64,000 bases of DNA from Cladosporium halotolerans (lineage: Eukaryota): NCBI RefSeq assembly GCF_011745625.1, contig NW_027191475.1, positions 310,001 through 374,000 on the forward strand, given 5' to 3'. The notes below the pieces were generated by a model. It was not told the origin of the DNA. It was given only the letters and a program-made list of their open reading frames with translations, and ran no database searches. How positions within the stretch are numbered: the stretch's first letter is position 1; every line of letters starts with the position of its first letter. Positions 12,923-24,525 of this stretch are shown here, in pieces. The translations under genes were made by a program, and so were the position numbers.

Positions 12923-13309
12923 GGGTCGTGGAAGTTTCCAAGTGCCGTACAATTAGTATACTACAGAGTGCACCCAGTTTCTAAGACGCCAGCGAAAAAC
13001 TTTCTGAACTGAGATCACGGGTTTTTTGAAAAGGCATTCGACTGTCGCGCAGCTACTCGGCCGATTCTGTCGCAATCTCCATCGCCTCAATGCTCAAAAC
13101 TTCCAAGCGTCGGATTGACTGGCGAGCGGTGAAGTTTGCTAGCTCAGCAAGGGCGCGGAAGGAGTTCGGCAATGCAGGGTCCAGTCTATTCTCGTACTCT
13201 CGGTCTTTGAGTCCGACCGCAGGGTCGATAGGTGAGAGGATGTATTCGATTATCGTCGTACGTTCTGCCAACGCTCGTCCAGAGTGAATCTTAGAGGAGC
13301 ACTCCCGCC

Positions 13310-14080
13310 TCATCGCCCTCTAGCGTGGCGATGCGGAGATCTGCTCCTACTGCGGCTTCGCTCTCGTCGTCGCTCCTCTCGTCTTGGACTTCTCGGGCGG
13401 TCATTATCACTGTCTCTGCGCCTTCTGTGACGGTCGTCGTCTCGTCGATGGCCACGGCTACCCGATCTATGTCTTCTGCGCTCCCTCGAACGTGATTTTG
13501 ACCGATGTCTATGCGATCGCCTGTGGTCGTGGTCGCGATCTCTCGACCGCGATCTAGATCTTCTCCTTCGCTTACCAGACCTATGATCGTCTCCCTCCCG
13601 GCGCCGGTCTCTGCTGCGTTCCCGCCGTTTATCATGTCCGGAGCGATGCCTCACCTTGTCGCGACCAAGGTCTCTTTCGCGTGTCTTTTCGTCTTCGCCA
13701 TCGTCCAAAGCCTCCTTCAGCGCTTTGTTGACCTCTCTCTGGCTAATCTTGCTCTCACCCAGAGGAACGGTATTCGCACTCCTGTCCGGGACTGGAAGCC
13801 CCAGTGCCCTTGCCATAGCATCTTCCTCAGCTTCCTTCACCTTCCTCAATTCTTCCTTCCTCTTCTCGCGTTCTTCCGCTTCCTTCTCCTCTGCGGTCTT
13901 GTGCGCATCGTCGGCTTTGGCGTACCAGTTCAGATCTTTTCCTTTCTGCCAGCGGCCAACTGGTGCCATAAGCGAATGTCCGAGGTAGTTCTCGCGCTGA
14001 GCATCATTTTTGACATCTTCCCATTTAAAATCCACGCCGCCGCGAGAGCCTTCCTTTCGCACTGTCTGGAGGAGATCCAT
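13310..14080 (-). CDS. MMtag (multiple myeloma tumor-associated protein 2-like) domain protein with RS/RD-rich tail
   Basis: [22 protein letters not shown]....[25 protein letters not shown], then [10 protein letters not shown] and an Arg/Ser-rich C-terminus. Confidence 0.85.
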   Translation of the reverse strand: MDLLQTVRKEGSRGGVDFKWEDVKNDAQRENYLGHSLMAPVGRWQKGKDLNWYAKADDAHKTAEEKEAEEREKRKEELRKVKEAEEDAMARALGLPVPDRSANTVPLGESKISQREVNKALKEALDDGEDEKTRERDLGRDKVRHRSGHDKRRERSRDRRREGDDHRSGKRRRRSRSRSRDRDHDHRRSHRHRSKSRSRERRRHRSGSRGHRRDDDRHRRRRDSDNDRPRSPRREERRRERSRSRSRSPHRHARGR

Positions 14081-14406
14081 GGCGAACGTCGGTCGGCCTT
14101 CACGTCGTATAAATATCGCAGATGACGATGCTGTTGCAGTCGTATCGGAGGTGATGAAATCAAGAAGCGCGAGCCATGGACGAACGCTGAATTTATGTCG
14201 CGAGCCTGTCACATGCCAAAAGAAAGCTGAAGGGTCGCGATGCGCGGCGCAGTGAAGGTCGCGATAAGCTTGCGGCTGCGGGGGCGGAATGACGTTTCAG
14301 GGCAGCCGGCATAAACGTGGCCTTCGAAACATTGGAGTGCCAGATGGATTGGTATTTCGAGCCGAGGCATTGAGACACGTTCCGATCAGCAACACTTTCC
14401 TGGACG

Positions 14407-16934
14407 ATGGTGTGGAAGCAATGGGGCGCGAACGCCCTACTTGCCTCCCTAGGCGCTGCTCAGGCCCTTGCAGCCGATACTGAGGTCTTCAGCAAATCGA
14501 GCAACGAAAGTCTACTTTGGGGACCCTACAAATCCAACCTATATTTTGGAGTTCGCCCACGTATTCCGAACTCTTTGACTACGAGCTTACTATGGGCGAG
14601 AGTCGAGGATTTTATGAGCATTCAACAGAATGTTCGACACACATGCGAGCAACACGAGGGCATGGCCGGCTATGGCTGGGATGCCTATGACCCGCGCACC
14701 GGAGGCGTGCAGACCATTCACGATAAAGGGAACGGCATAGACCTTGAGACTAGCTTCGTCACCATTAGTGAGGGTGCCTGGGCTGCAAGGATCAAGGGCA
14801 CACCCAGAGAAGATGCAGAGCTTTTGGCCGGGACCAAGGATGGAGTTGACACTCTCAAGAGTGCCGTGCTGTTCAACCTTGGCCTCGAAGGCCTTGGAAG
14901 TCTCGAGGCAACGGGTGCCGAAGATGCAGAAGACCTTGGATATGAGGGAGACGTTGTCTTTACCGGACAAACAAGCGAATTGGGAGAGTTCACCGTTACG
15001 ATCACTGCGCCTCAGGGCAACACCCACCCAGAGGTTGTCCATCCTGCTGGCGATTCGAAGCCAGTCGATCGCACATTGGTCCACTCGCTTCAAGTGCCTC
15101 CCGAGGCTCTGTGGCAGATCAAACGTGAGTACCCTATCAGTTTTAATTGGATTCGCAGCGATAACGTGTTGTTGCTAACACGATACAGCACTCGTTTTCG
15201 GATCGATGAAAACCACGATCGAAGGATATGTCGAGGAATACACGGCCGAAAAGATGCCACCTCCATGGCAGACGTACACCATCCAGAACCGTCCGGGCCA
15301 GGGCAACATGCATCTCATCGAGAAGGTCTTTGAGGGCGCATTCGAATTCGATATCCTCTTCAAGCCCAAGAGCCGCGAAATGTCGTTCTCTTCGGACTAC
15401 GTCACGAAGCAGATCGGCAGCGCCAGAAAAGGCTTCGATAAGAAGTACCTTGAGGTCTTGAAGCCCCAGGCGCCGTTTGCGCTCTCGAAGTATCTGGACT
15501 TCTCCAAGAGCCTCTTCAGTAACCTCATTGGCGGCATTGGATACTTCAATGGCGATCAGGTCGTAGACCGCTCTTACGCCAGCGAGTATGACGAGGAGAA
15601 CGAAGGATTCTGGCAAGAGGCCGCTGAGGCGCGTGCTAGAAATCAACACAAGCTTGAGGGCCCGTACGAGCTGTTCACCGCGGTGCCTTCACGACCGTTC
15701 TTCCCTCGTGGCTTCCTGTGGGACGAAGGCTTCCACCTTCTCCCGATCATGGACTGGGATCCGGAGCTCACAATGCAGATTCTTTCCAGCTGGTTCAACC
15801 TCATGGACGAAGATGGCTGGATCGGTCGTGAGCAGATTCTAGGCAACGAGGCTAGATCCAAGGTCCCCCCTGAGTTCCAAGTCCAGTACCCGCATTATGC
15901 AAACCCTCCTACGTTGTTCATGGCCATCGAGGGACTGCTTGACAAGGCCGAGAATAAGGACACCACTCATCGCAATGCACTCGTCAAACCTGAAGCCGTC
16001 ACCGCCTGGTTAAGGTCCATCTACCCGTTACTCCAGCGTCACTTCGACTGGTACCGTCGCACTCAGAGCGGTGACTTGAAGTCATACGACCGTCCAGCGT
16101 TCTCTTCCAAGGAGGGCTACCGGTGGCGCGGCCGTACCGAGCAGCACATTCTGACTTCAGGTCTCGATGACTACCCCCGCGCTCAGCCACCGCACCCTGG
16201 CGAGCTGCACGTTGATCTGATCAGTTGGATGGGACTTTTCAGCCGCAACATGGCTCGCATTTCCAGATTCCTCGGCGAGACGGACGACGAGGCGAAGTAC
16301 AAGAAGATCGCGGAAGCAATCCGTCGCAACGTGGATGATCTGCACTGGAATGATGCAGAAAATACCTACTGTGACGCCACCATTGACGATTACGAGGAAA
16401 GCATCCATGTGTGCCACAAGGGTTATATTTCCATCTTCCCATTTATGACTGGCCTGATAGGTCCGGATCACGAGTATCTCGGCCCTATCCTCGAACTTAT
16501 TGGTGACAAGGAGGAGCTTTGGTCCCCATACGGCATCCGCAGTCTGAGTTTGAGGGACGAGTTTTACGGTACTGCTGAAAACTACTGGCGAAGCCCCATC
16601 TGGATGCCGCTGAACTACCTCATTGTCAAGAACCTTCTGGTGAGTATGTCCAAAGTAAATCAACTTGCATCGTCACTAATTGGCACAGGAAATTGCCCAA
16701 CAGAAAGGACTGCACCAGGCTCGCGCCCGGGATATGTACACTGACTTACGCCAAAACCTGGTGGAGACTGTGTACAATTCTTGGAAAGAGACTGGCTTTG
16801 CTTACGAGCAGTACAACCCCGACACTGGCGCCGGACAGCGTACACAGCACTTCACTGGCTGGACCAGCTTGATTGTCAAGATTATGAGCTTCCCCGACCT
16901 TAGTGGTGAGGGTAGCGCGCATGATGAGTTGTAA
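14407..16934 (+). CDS. CWH41: ER mannosyl-oligosaccharide glucosidase I (GH63), introns 15125-15188 and 16640-16688
   Basis: Motifs LLWGPY..NLYFGVRPR, PSRPFFPRGFLWDEGFH, GWIGREQILG.EARSKVP, LTSGLDDYPRA, YWRSPIW, EQYNP.TG.GQ...HFTGWT; ends in HDEL. Confidence 0.95.
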
Positions 16935-17080
16935 GGATAGATAAAAAGCCCTCTACACTTGTGACTGGTCCCTTGTCGCAAGTCAGATACAAAAGTGTTC
17001 AGATCACATAGAAATAAGAACATCGATACATCGATCGACCTCAGGCCTTGCTGCTTTCCCTCCACGTCCTCCAAATGTCG

Positions 17081-18232
17081 CTATGTCTGCACAGGACCTC
17101 TACCAATCCTCCAACCGACGCGAACAAACGTCTCACAGCTCTGCCGTGTCGAGTTCGCAATCAAGTCCTCATCAAACACCACCTCCCCGCGCGGAAAAAG
17201 CACAATCACTGTACTCCCTCCATAGTGGAAAGCGCCAAGACACTGCCCTCGTTTCACCTCTGCGCCTTCTGTCACACCCGTGTTGTACTTGATGCTCCCG
17301 ACCAGCATCGCCCCAACAGCAATGACAGCCACACGCGAACCCGTCACGTTCCGACGCAGAAGCATGACCGAACGCTTGTTCTCACAGAACACGTCAAGCG
17401 TGCCAGGCTGTGTCACAGCTTGCGGGTTGACAGTATAATACGTCCCTGCGATTTCGGTGATCCTCTCGATTTTGCCGTCGATTGGCGAGTGCCAGCGGTG
17501 GTAGTCTTGAGGCGCGAGGCGGGCGATGGCGATGCTGCCTCCGTCGAAGGACTGAGCGAGAGATGAGGAGTCGAGCAGTTTGGCTATCGTGAAACCATAC
17601 CCTTTGATCCAGTATTTGGTTGCCTGGCCGATAGACGAGAATGTGGTTAGGCGGCAGTCTGCCGGCGAGGAGATGACGGTTGGGTCGCTGGGCTCTGCAA
17701 TTGGCCTTGCCGAAGGCTTGATCTCCCTTGCGAAGAACTCATTGAACGTAGCGTACTTTGCTGGGTCTGGTTGTTGCATGTCTTGCAGACTGTCCTTCAG
17801 CCCAAACGACTGGATGAAGGGCTCGATGTGGCTCTTGCTCCCTGGTGAATCGTACCAAGCGCCCATCTTTTCACTCTGCTGCTTGAGCAGCGCCTGTACA
17901 CGTTTCCAATGCAGTGCTGCCTCTTGTCCGGAGCCGTAGTAGAGGAAGTGCATTCCTAGGCGGACGTAGATCGACATTGGCTCGAAAGTCTTCTTGCCTG
18001 TCTCACGCTCGATGACATAATTTCCAAGATGCCAGGCGTTTTCGAGGGCTTCGAGTGAGTCGGACTGGAAGAAGGAGCGGATGTAAGAAGTCGCTTTGCT
18101 GCTGTTTGCCGAAGCATGTGGCGGGTTGCTATTTGATTTCGCGGTGAGGGCGTCGAGGCTTTTGGATGCGGAATCTAGATGGTTTTCAGGTACTGCTTTG
18201 AATTCATTCGAGTGATTTTTTGACGATGCCAT
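17081..18232 (-). CDS. Phosphatidylserine decarboxylase family protein (PSD2-like catalytic domain, no C2 domains)
   Basis: Motifs TFNEFFAR, SPADCR, RLAPQDYHRWHSP, YYTVNP, VGAMLVGSI and the GGST autocleavage site. Confidence 0.92.
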   Translation of the reverse strand: MASSKNHSNEFKAVPENHLDSASKSLDALTAKSNSNPPHASANSSKATSYIRSFFQSDSLEALENAWHLGNYVIERETGKKTFEPMSIYVRLGMHFLYYGSGQEAALHWKRVQALLKQQSEKMGAWYDSPGSKSHIEPFIQSFGLKDSLQDMQQPDPAKYATFNEFFAREIKPSARPIAEPSDPTVISSPADCRLTTFSSIGQATKYWIKGYGFTIAKLLDSSSLAQSFDGGSIAIARLAPQDYHRWHSPIDGKIERITEIAGTYYTVNPQAVTQPGTLDVFCENKRSVMLLRRNVTGSRVAVIAVGAMLVGSIKYNTGVTEGAEVKRGQCLGAFHYGGSTVIVLFPRGEVVFDEDLIANSTRQSCETFVRVGWRIGRGPVQT

Positions 18233-18797
18233 ATGCCTTGGTGTTTGCCTTTTCCTAGCTTTCAGGAGTCAAAAGGTAATGAGCAGTCGGTCGTAGATCG
18301 AGATTTAGGGCGAATAATTGTCATTGGTTGAATGCCTTGATGATGTGACTTTTTGACTTGGTACCTAGATCAAGTACTAGGTAGTCACTGACGGCAAGCC
18401 CAAAGCCATGATGTCGCGGGTATGAGTGGCAATTGCGTGAATGTGCGATTGAAGCTTCCTCGTCATGCCACGCCGCGCGTCTGAGGTGAGTAGGTACGCT
18501 ATCCCTTGCAGCATGAATGGTGCTCCCATCCCATCAATTGGATGGATTCCCCCAGCGAGGACATCCGGTCGATTCCCACCCCTTTTGCGCGTGAATAATG
18601 GATCAGACCTAAAATGTCACACCGCGAGTCAATCCTCAGGAAATTCGGGTGATCAGTCTATACATACGACCTATAACTCGATCTATGCGATGAAAGGGTA
18701 TCGACACCGCCAAATGTTCTGTGACCAAGACTGTGAAGTCAAAGAAAGAAAGACAAAAATCCACGCAAGCGATGCTTTCGCCAAGTAAACCCAACAA

Positions 18798-21700
18798 TCA
18801 AGTCGTGAAGCACAACTGTCCCACCGCACTGCCCGGCTTCGCATTACCCATCAACCTCTTCCAACCAGACTTCTTCGCCGGCTGATGCTGCGCCGCGTAG
18901 TTCTCTTCTTGCACGTTGTGCTTGCCGACGATGCTCAAGAACACCTGGTCCAGCGTCGCTTGGCTGACACTGTAGTACTCGAAGCCGAGCTTGTCCTTGT
19001 TCGCCTCGAGCTGCGCGAACAGGGCGCTGATGCCGCTGTTGGCTGATGTGTGCTCTTTCTCCACGACGGCACCACCTTTGCGAATGCTGCCAGAATTGTC
19101 GCTGCTCTTGTCAATGCTGCCGCTCTCGAGGCGATCGAGTTTGCTAGCCGGCACGCTAAAGCGGAACTGGCCGTGGAAAGAGCGGTCTTCGGTGCGCGCG
19201 CCGGGGAAGGTCGAGACGACGAAGTCTTTGATGTCCGCCATGGCTTGCTCGCTCGTGTACGGCGCGTCTTTATGGACGACGTGCACGTGCAGCGCGTCGC
19301 TGTGCTTCTTGCGAAGCTGGTCGCCGGTGCCTAGCGCGAGCATGTGGCGGGCCATGATACCGGCGCGGTCGGCGAGCGCGTCGGCTTCTTCCATGGAGTG
19401 TGTGGTGAGGACGAGAGAGCGACCGGCGGAAACGGATTGCAAGGTGCGCCACATGATGCGCTTAGAGGCGGCATCCATACCACTGCTTGGCTCGTCGAGG
19501 AGGAGTACGGACGGGTTACCCATCAAGGCAATTCCGAGACTGAGCTTGCGCTTGTTGCCACCGGAGAGCTTGGCCGCCATGCGGGATTTGAAAGGCTCCA
19601 AGCCAACGGCGTGGATGACCTTGTTGACATTGTCTTCAACGTTCGGTACGCCGCGAGCGCGAGCGTAGAAGCGCAGGTGCTCGATAGCCGTCATCTGGTC
19701 CATAGCGTCGTGCTGCGGGCACACTCCCAGATTCGTACGAGCCGCCGCGCGGTGGGAAATGATAGACCTGTCTTCGATGCGAATGTCGCTTGTCCTTCCA
19801 GTAGGCCGAGTGCCACCTCTGATCATGTTCATAGTAGTCGACTTTCCGGCACCGTTCGGTCCGAGGAGCGCGAAGACCTCGCCTCTCGGAACGCCAAACG
19901 TCACATCGTTGACTGCGACGTTGGCGCCAAAGATCTTCGTGACGTGCAGAACACGCAGCTCGTCGTCGCTAGCGTCAGCCCTCTTCATCTCAGTGAACAC
20001 TTCCGGATCGACTTCTTCAGTCTCTTCGGCGTCTTGCTCGCGGTGCTGCCTTCTCGTCAGGAAAGCTGGCTTGTAGCCGCTGTCCCACCAGATGAGGACA
20101 ACAGTGAAGATGATCGACTGCACAATAAGGTAAAGAATGCAAGCACCGTAGACACTGATGTCTCCAGGATAAGATGCATAGGCATTGTTGTCGCGGCAGG
20201 TCAGCGAGAAGATGTTGAGTGTGGATGCTAGTGACCTGAAGAGATTACCAGAGGGGAAGATTGCAGCGATAACGTAGTGCGAGATGTCCACAGATCGGTC
20301 GACTTCCGAGGGCTCGGCAAATGTGTTCAGGACCATGTAGACGACGAAGTAGATCAGGAAGAAACAACACTGGCCACCAGAGGCAAAAGCAAATGTAGCC
20401 AACTGACTTGTCGTAAATAGTGATACAACATAGGCCATGAGCAATGCCGAGAGTCCATAGAGCATGAAGATCACGAACAGATAACCCACAGCGTAGAAGG
20501 CAGCCGGCGCGGCGGCGGCAAACATGATCGTAGTGATGGCGCTGACCAGGAGAACGATACAAAAGTCGAAAAGTGTATAAGCGATCCACAGAGGTCCAGC
20601 TCGGACACCGTTGCTGTAGTGAAGGGCTCTGACAGTTCGCAAGCGCTCAACGTTGGTGTAAAGCGCGAAGAAACCTGGGTATGCACTCATCGCAAGTCCA
20701 AAGTATAGAATGAACTGCAAGGTCTGGCCCAAGCTGGGTTGCCATTGCGTGCTGAAGGGCTGGAAGCCAGTGTAAATTGGAATGTCTGTCAGGCTGACGT
20801 CCATGAGATTCTGCACAGAGATGGCATAGTAAACGTCATAGTCTCCCTGCCACGCGAATGTGGGTGTCTGTCCAAGGTAGAAACCTCCAGGTCTAGTGTT
20901 GGCATAATTAGTGCTAATGTAGTCTCTGAGAGCCTGTACGGAATCGATAGGTAGCGTGGAGAGTCCAGGGAACAGAGTGTTGGCCAGCTGCTGTGGGATG
21001 CTGCCCGATGGTCCAACGGGAAAGTCTGCAACACGACCTGCAAGAAGCAAGGTCTGCAAAGAGATCGCTGCGCCAGCAGAGGTATTGTCGCCGGGGTCAC
21101 AGCTTGGTAGGGTATGGTCTTGCACAAACAGCGTTACCAAACCTCCTGCAATGACCGGAATGAGAAGCGCCGCAAGGTATGGGAGTGGGTTTCGTCGAAG
21201 TATGATCCAGCGCTTTTGGAAAAGTACCCACGTCTGTCCAAAGAAGCCCAGGTTCTTGCCCTTCGCAAGTTGGAGATCTTTGTTAGCGGTGCCAACATTC
21301 TCTGAGGATGAAATGGGGCTCATCATGTCGCCCTGATCCTTCTCAAGCTCAGCTTTGACCTCGCCCGCCAAGTTCAAGAAAACATCCTCGAGCTGCGGTC
21401 CGTTGACTTGGTAATCCAGAACGCCTGCCTTCTCGAGCTCTACAACGAAGTGAGCTGCGGCTGCAGAGTCAGGCAATCTGTACACGGTCTGATCGCGTTG
21501 ATGTTCCTTAGGATATTGCTCCAGCTCGGCAGGCAGCTCCTTCTTGTTCTCGTGGTAGATTCGTACACGGTACCCACCACCAAGCTCATGTTTCAGAGCA
21601 ACGGATGAGCCGTGAGCGACGACCTTTCCTTTCGAAATGATCATCACGTCGTCTGAAAGAAGGTCGGCCTCGTCCAGGAAATGAGTCGTCAGAATCATCG

Positions 21701-23630
21701 ATCGCTTGCCGCGTTCGGCAAGAATGATGTCCCAGATCTTGCGTCTACTAAGCGGATCCAGACCTGAACTGACTTCATCAAGCATACACAAGCTAGAGCC
21801 GCCAGTAAGCATCATAGCAAGCTGGCACTTGCGCTTTTGACCGCCAGAGAGAGTTTTGGACTTCGCGCCAACTTTCTGCTCGAGATCGCAGTCCGCAACA
21901 AGTTGCTTCATGGTGTCTTTCGTATCGAGAGTCGTTGCCTTGAGACGGTTGAAGATCTTGACATGTTCGTAAACGGTGAGCTCGTCCCATAGCACGTTCT
22001 TCTGCGGACAGAGACCGACACCGCCGGCAGCTTCCATCTCGACCGTGCCTTCAGTCGGTTTCTGTAATCCAGCAAGCACATCAAGCGTGGTACTCTTACC
22101 ACTTCCGTTGGATCCAAGCAAAATCATGACCTGCCCTCTCAAGACCTCGATATTGATGTCATCCACAGCCTTGACGGTCTGCCGCGGATCCTTCGAAAAG
22201 CGGCTCCAGATGTTCCTGTAAGCCCAGCTCTGGGGGTAGTACTTCTTGAGACCGGTGATCTTGACGGTTTCAGGGCTGTTTCCGGCCTCGTGGCGCAAAG
22301 TCCTCGCCTTTGAGGCGGTGCCATAGAGACTCCGCTCGATATATGCGCCAATGATGGGGTAGATGACGAACTGAAGGGCGCAAAAGATGAAAAACACGTA
22401 TCCGGGTACGTCCCACGGAGCGCCCGGCGGTCCTTGGCTGAGATCAACGGGCACTTCCTCCTGTTGCCAGTATGCCATGTAGATTGTGAACAGCGTGAAG
22501 TTCATCGGTGGGAACAGCAAGCTGACAATGTATACTGCTCCAGAACTATTCGGAGGCACAACTTGGATGATGATGGCCAGGATGATGGAGACGATCGTGA
22601 CAGTGATGCCGGAGAGCTGCGCCTTGCGGAAAAGACTTGCAAAGGCGATCGAAAAGCTTGTCAGCGCCAGACCAGCCATAATGTAGTAGCCTACGAGAAC
22701 ACCGGCTGGCGAGTCTGGATAATTGAGGGTCGTGACAATCGCAGCTCCAATGACCCAAGAAGGGAAATAAATGACGGAAAATGCGAAGTGGGTGGACAGA
22801 ATGCGCGCCGCCTGTGGTTCCCATCTTCGCTTGTTGGGCATCATCGCCTCTATCAATTGCGACATTCCGAGCTCGCGCTCGGAGGCCAGTTGACCTGTGA
22901 GTTGGTAGGCTACACCGACAAAACCGATGAAGTATGCAAGACCGAGAATGTTGATGATAGAATCCATGTACAGCCTAGTGATGTTTGCATCACGCTCCTC
23001 ATTGGACTTGGAAGTGTAAGGGAAGGTTTGCACTTCTTCGGGCAGATTCGCCCCCTCCAGGATCGCGATCTGCCTGTCAATCGCATGTTGGACGGGCAGG
23101 ACATAGATCTCGTGGTCATTGGTGTTCTGGTCGACAAAGACACGGCCTCCAAGCGCACCATCAGCGCGCATAGTATAGTTCCAGACCTGTCCAGAGCCTT
23201 CCGTTGGGGATGAAACGAAAGAGACTGCGCCAAAGCAGCTTGATACTGATCGAATCGTGCTTCGGCAAATCGTCATCAACTCCTGCTCATTTTCAATGGT
23301 CTGAACATTCAAACCTGCTTGAGAGAGAGTGTCGGAGATTGGTGTGATGACTTGAGATATTTGCCCGCCTGTGAATCCGTTGTTGACAAACACGAACGTG
23401 TCGCGGCCTCCGCCACTGCTCGCTACAGCATCAGGCAGTGACCGTATAGGTCGAACGTAGCCCACGCCAAATTCGCTAGGTGGCACGAAGAAGTTCTTCG
23501 CGTACGAAATGAAAAAGAAGAAGATGATGGGCGCGAAGAAGGCGCGGACCAGAGTGCCAAACCATGACCGCCAGAAACAGATCAATAGTGTCTTTTCCAC
23601 CAGCGCCCACCACTGTCGGAAGAACGCCAT
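18798..23630 (-). CDS. Full-length ABCA-subfamily ABC transporter, intronless 1610 aa
   Basis: Two TMD-NBD halves. Walker A GSNGSGKST and GPNGAGKST; signatures LSGGQKRK and LSGGNKRK; LDE and TTH motifs; GLCPQ/GVCPQ; C-terminal TLDQVFL typical of ABCA. Confidence 0.95.
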   Translation of the reverse strand: MAFFRQWWALVEKTLLICFWRSWFGTLVRAFFAPIIFFFFISYAKNFFVPPSEFGVGYVRPIRSLPDAVASSGGGRDTFVFVNNGFTGGQISQVITPISDTLSQAGLNVQTIENEQELMTICRSTIRSVSSCFGAVSFVSSPTEGSGQVWNYTMRADGALGGRVFVDQNTNDHEIYVLPVQHAIDRQIAILEGANLPEEVQTFPYTSKSNEERDANITRLYMDSIINILGLAYFIGFVGVAYQLTGQLASERELGMSQLIEAMMPNKRRWEPQAARILSTHFAFSVIYFPSWVIGAAIVTTLNYPDSPAGVLVGYYIMAGLALTSFSIAFASLFRKAQLSGITVTIVSIILAIIIQVVPPNSSGAVYIVSLLFPPMNFTLFTIYMAYWQQEEVPVDLSQGPPGAPWDVPGYVFFIFCALQFVIYPIIGAYIERSLYGTASKARTLRHEAGNSPETVKITGLKKYYPQSWAYRNIWSRFSKDPRQTVKAVDDINIEVLRGQVMILLGSNGSGKSTTLDVLAGLQKPTEGTVEMEAAGGVGLCPQKNVLWDELTVYEHVKIFNRLKATTLDTKDTMKQLVADCDLEQKVGAKSKTLSGGQKRKCQLAMMLTGGSSLCMLDEVSSGLDPLSRRKIWDIILAERGKRSMILTTHFLDEADLLSDDVMIISKGKVVAHGSSVALKHELGGGYRVRIYHENKKELPAELEQYPKEHQRDQTVYRLPDSAAAAHFVVELEKAGVLDYQVNGPQLEDVFLNLAGEVKAELEKDQGDMMSPISSSENVGTANKDLQLAKGKNLGFFGQTWVLFQKRWIILRRNPLPYLAALLIPVIAGGLVTLFVQDHTLPSCDPGDNTSAGAAISLQTLLLAGRVADFPVGPSGSIPQQLANTLFPGLSTLPIDSVQALRDYISTNYANTRPGGFYLGQTPTFAWQGDYDVYYAISVQNLMDVSLTDIPIYTGFQPFSTQWQPSLGQTLQFILYFGLAMSAYPGFFALYTNVERLRTVRALHYSNGVRAGPLWIAYTLFDFCIVLLVSAITTIMFAAAAPAAFYAVGYLFVIFMLYGLSALLMAYVVSLFTTSQLATFAFASGGQCCFFLIYFVVYMVLNTFAEPSEVDRSVDISHYVIAAIFPSGNLFRSLASTLNIFSLTCRDNNAYASYPGDISVYGACILYLIVQSIIFTVVLIWWDSGYKPAFLTRRQHREQDAEETEEVDPEVFTEMKRADASDDELRVLHVTKIFGANVAVNDVTFGVPRGEVFALLGPNGAGKSTTMNMIRGGTRPTGRTSDIRIEDRSIISHRAAARTNLGVCPQHDAMDQMTAIEHLRFYARARGVPNVEDNVNKVIHAVGLEPFKSRMAAKLSGGNKRKLSLGIALMGNPSVLLLDEPSSGMDAASKRIMWRTLQSVSAGRSLVLTTHSMEEADALADRAGIMARHMLALGTGDQLRKKHSDALHVHVVHKDAPYTSEQAMADIKDFVVSTFPGARTEDRSFHGQFRFSVPASKLDRLESGSIDKSSDNSGSIRKGGAVVEKEHTSANSGISALFAQLEANKDKLGFEYYSVSQATLDQVFLSIVGKHNVQEENYAAQHQPAKKSGWKRLMGNAKPGSAVGQLCFTT

Positions 23631-24525
23631 GATAGGCGTCGCAGACGGAGTCTGCTAAATGCGGAAGTGTCTCTCGACTGTAGTAAATGCGATATGTCAA
23701 CGAGGGTCCTTAGATCGTTGAAGTCGGTGGCAAACGGCCAATCATAGTGTCCAGCGGCGATCCAGAGGAATTGGAGACAGATCTCAAGATGCACAGAGAC
23801 AGGCGCGAAAGGTGCTCAAAAGAGAACGCAAGAAATCTATGCGGAAACAAACGAGAACAAAAGTCAAAAACGTATGCACCCTCACGCGGCCTGACCTATG
23901 GAGGAGGCGCTGAGGCGCAGGAGTTGAGGTCTGACGTGCACGACTCGGAAACATGCGAGCCCGGGCTTGAAGCCAAGCGGCACCTTGGCCTGAAGTCTTG
24001 GGCGCGTCAGCCGAAAGCGAACGCGGCTCGCTAATTTCACATGGAGACAAGGCGGTTTGGCCAATTCCATCCTTCAAAGTCCGAGGGGCAACGAATAACA
24101 ATATCGCCAGTCAGCCCTATCTGCATCGTCTATTCGGCATCTTGTGAGGAGAGTGAGATCGCCGTCATTTGGTATGCCTGAACACACACGCGTACAGAAC
24201 CAGGCACTTTGCGACATGAACTTATCTGATGACCTCTCGAGAACGCGACAGGTGGCGTCGGCTCTCGTCTCTTCGTGCCGACAGCCGCAGCCGAGTTCTC
24301 CATGGCAGTGCTGTATACCAAGACGCCGAGACTTTTGCCATTACTTCGTAAGCCTGCGATACGATAAACGAGGAGGCGACATCGACATCTTCAGAATCGA
24401 TTGCTGGACGAGTGACGTCTAAATGTGCCAAACTAAGAGAACTGACATATTATTTGCCTTCGTCGCGAAAATGTATCTCGCCTGTCAGCGAACACTACTC
24501 GCGATAGTCGACAGCCAGACAATGT

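Noticed and set aside
13053..13313. 86-aa ORF whose ATG overlaps the MMtag stop (ATGA)
   Set aside because: Short, no recognisable motif and lying in the likely 3' UTR; not distinguishable from chance.
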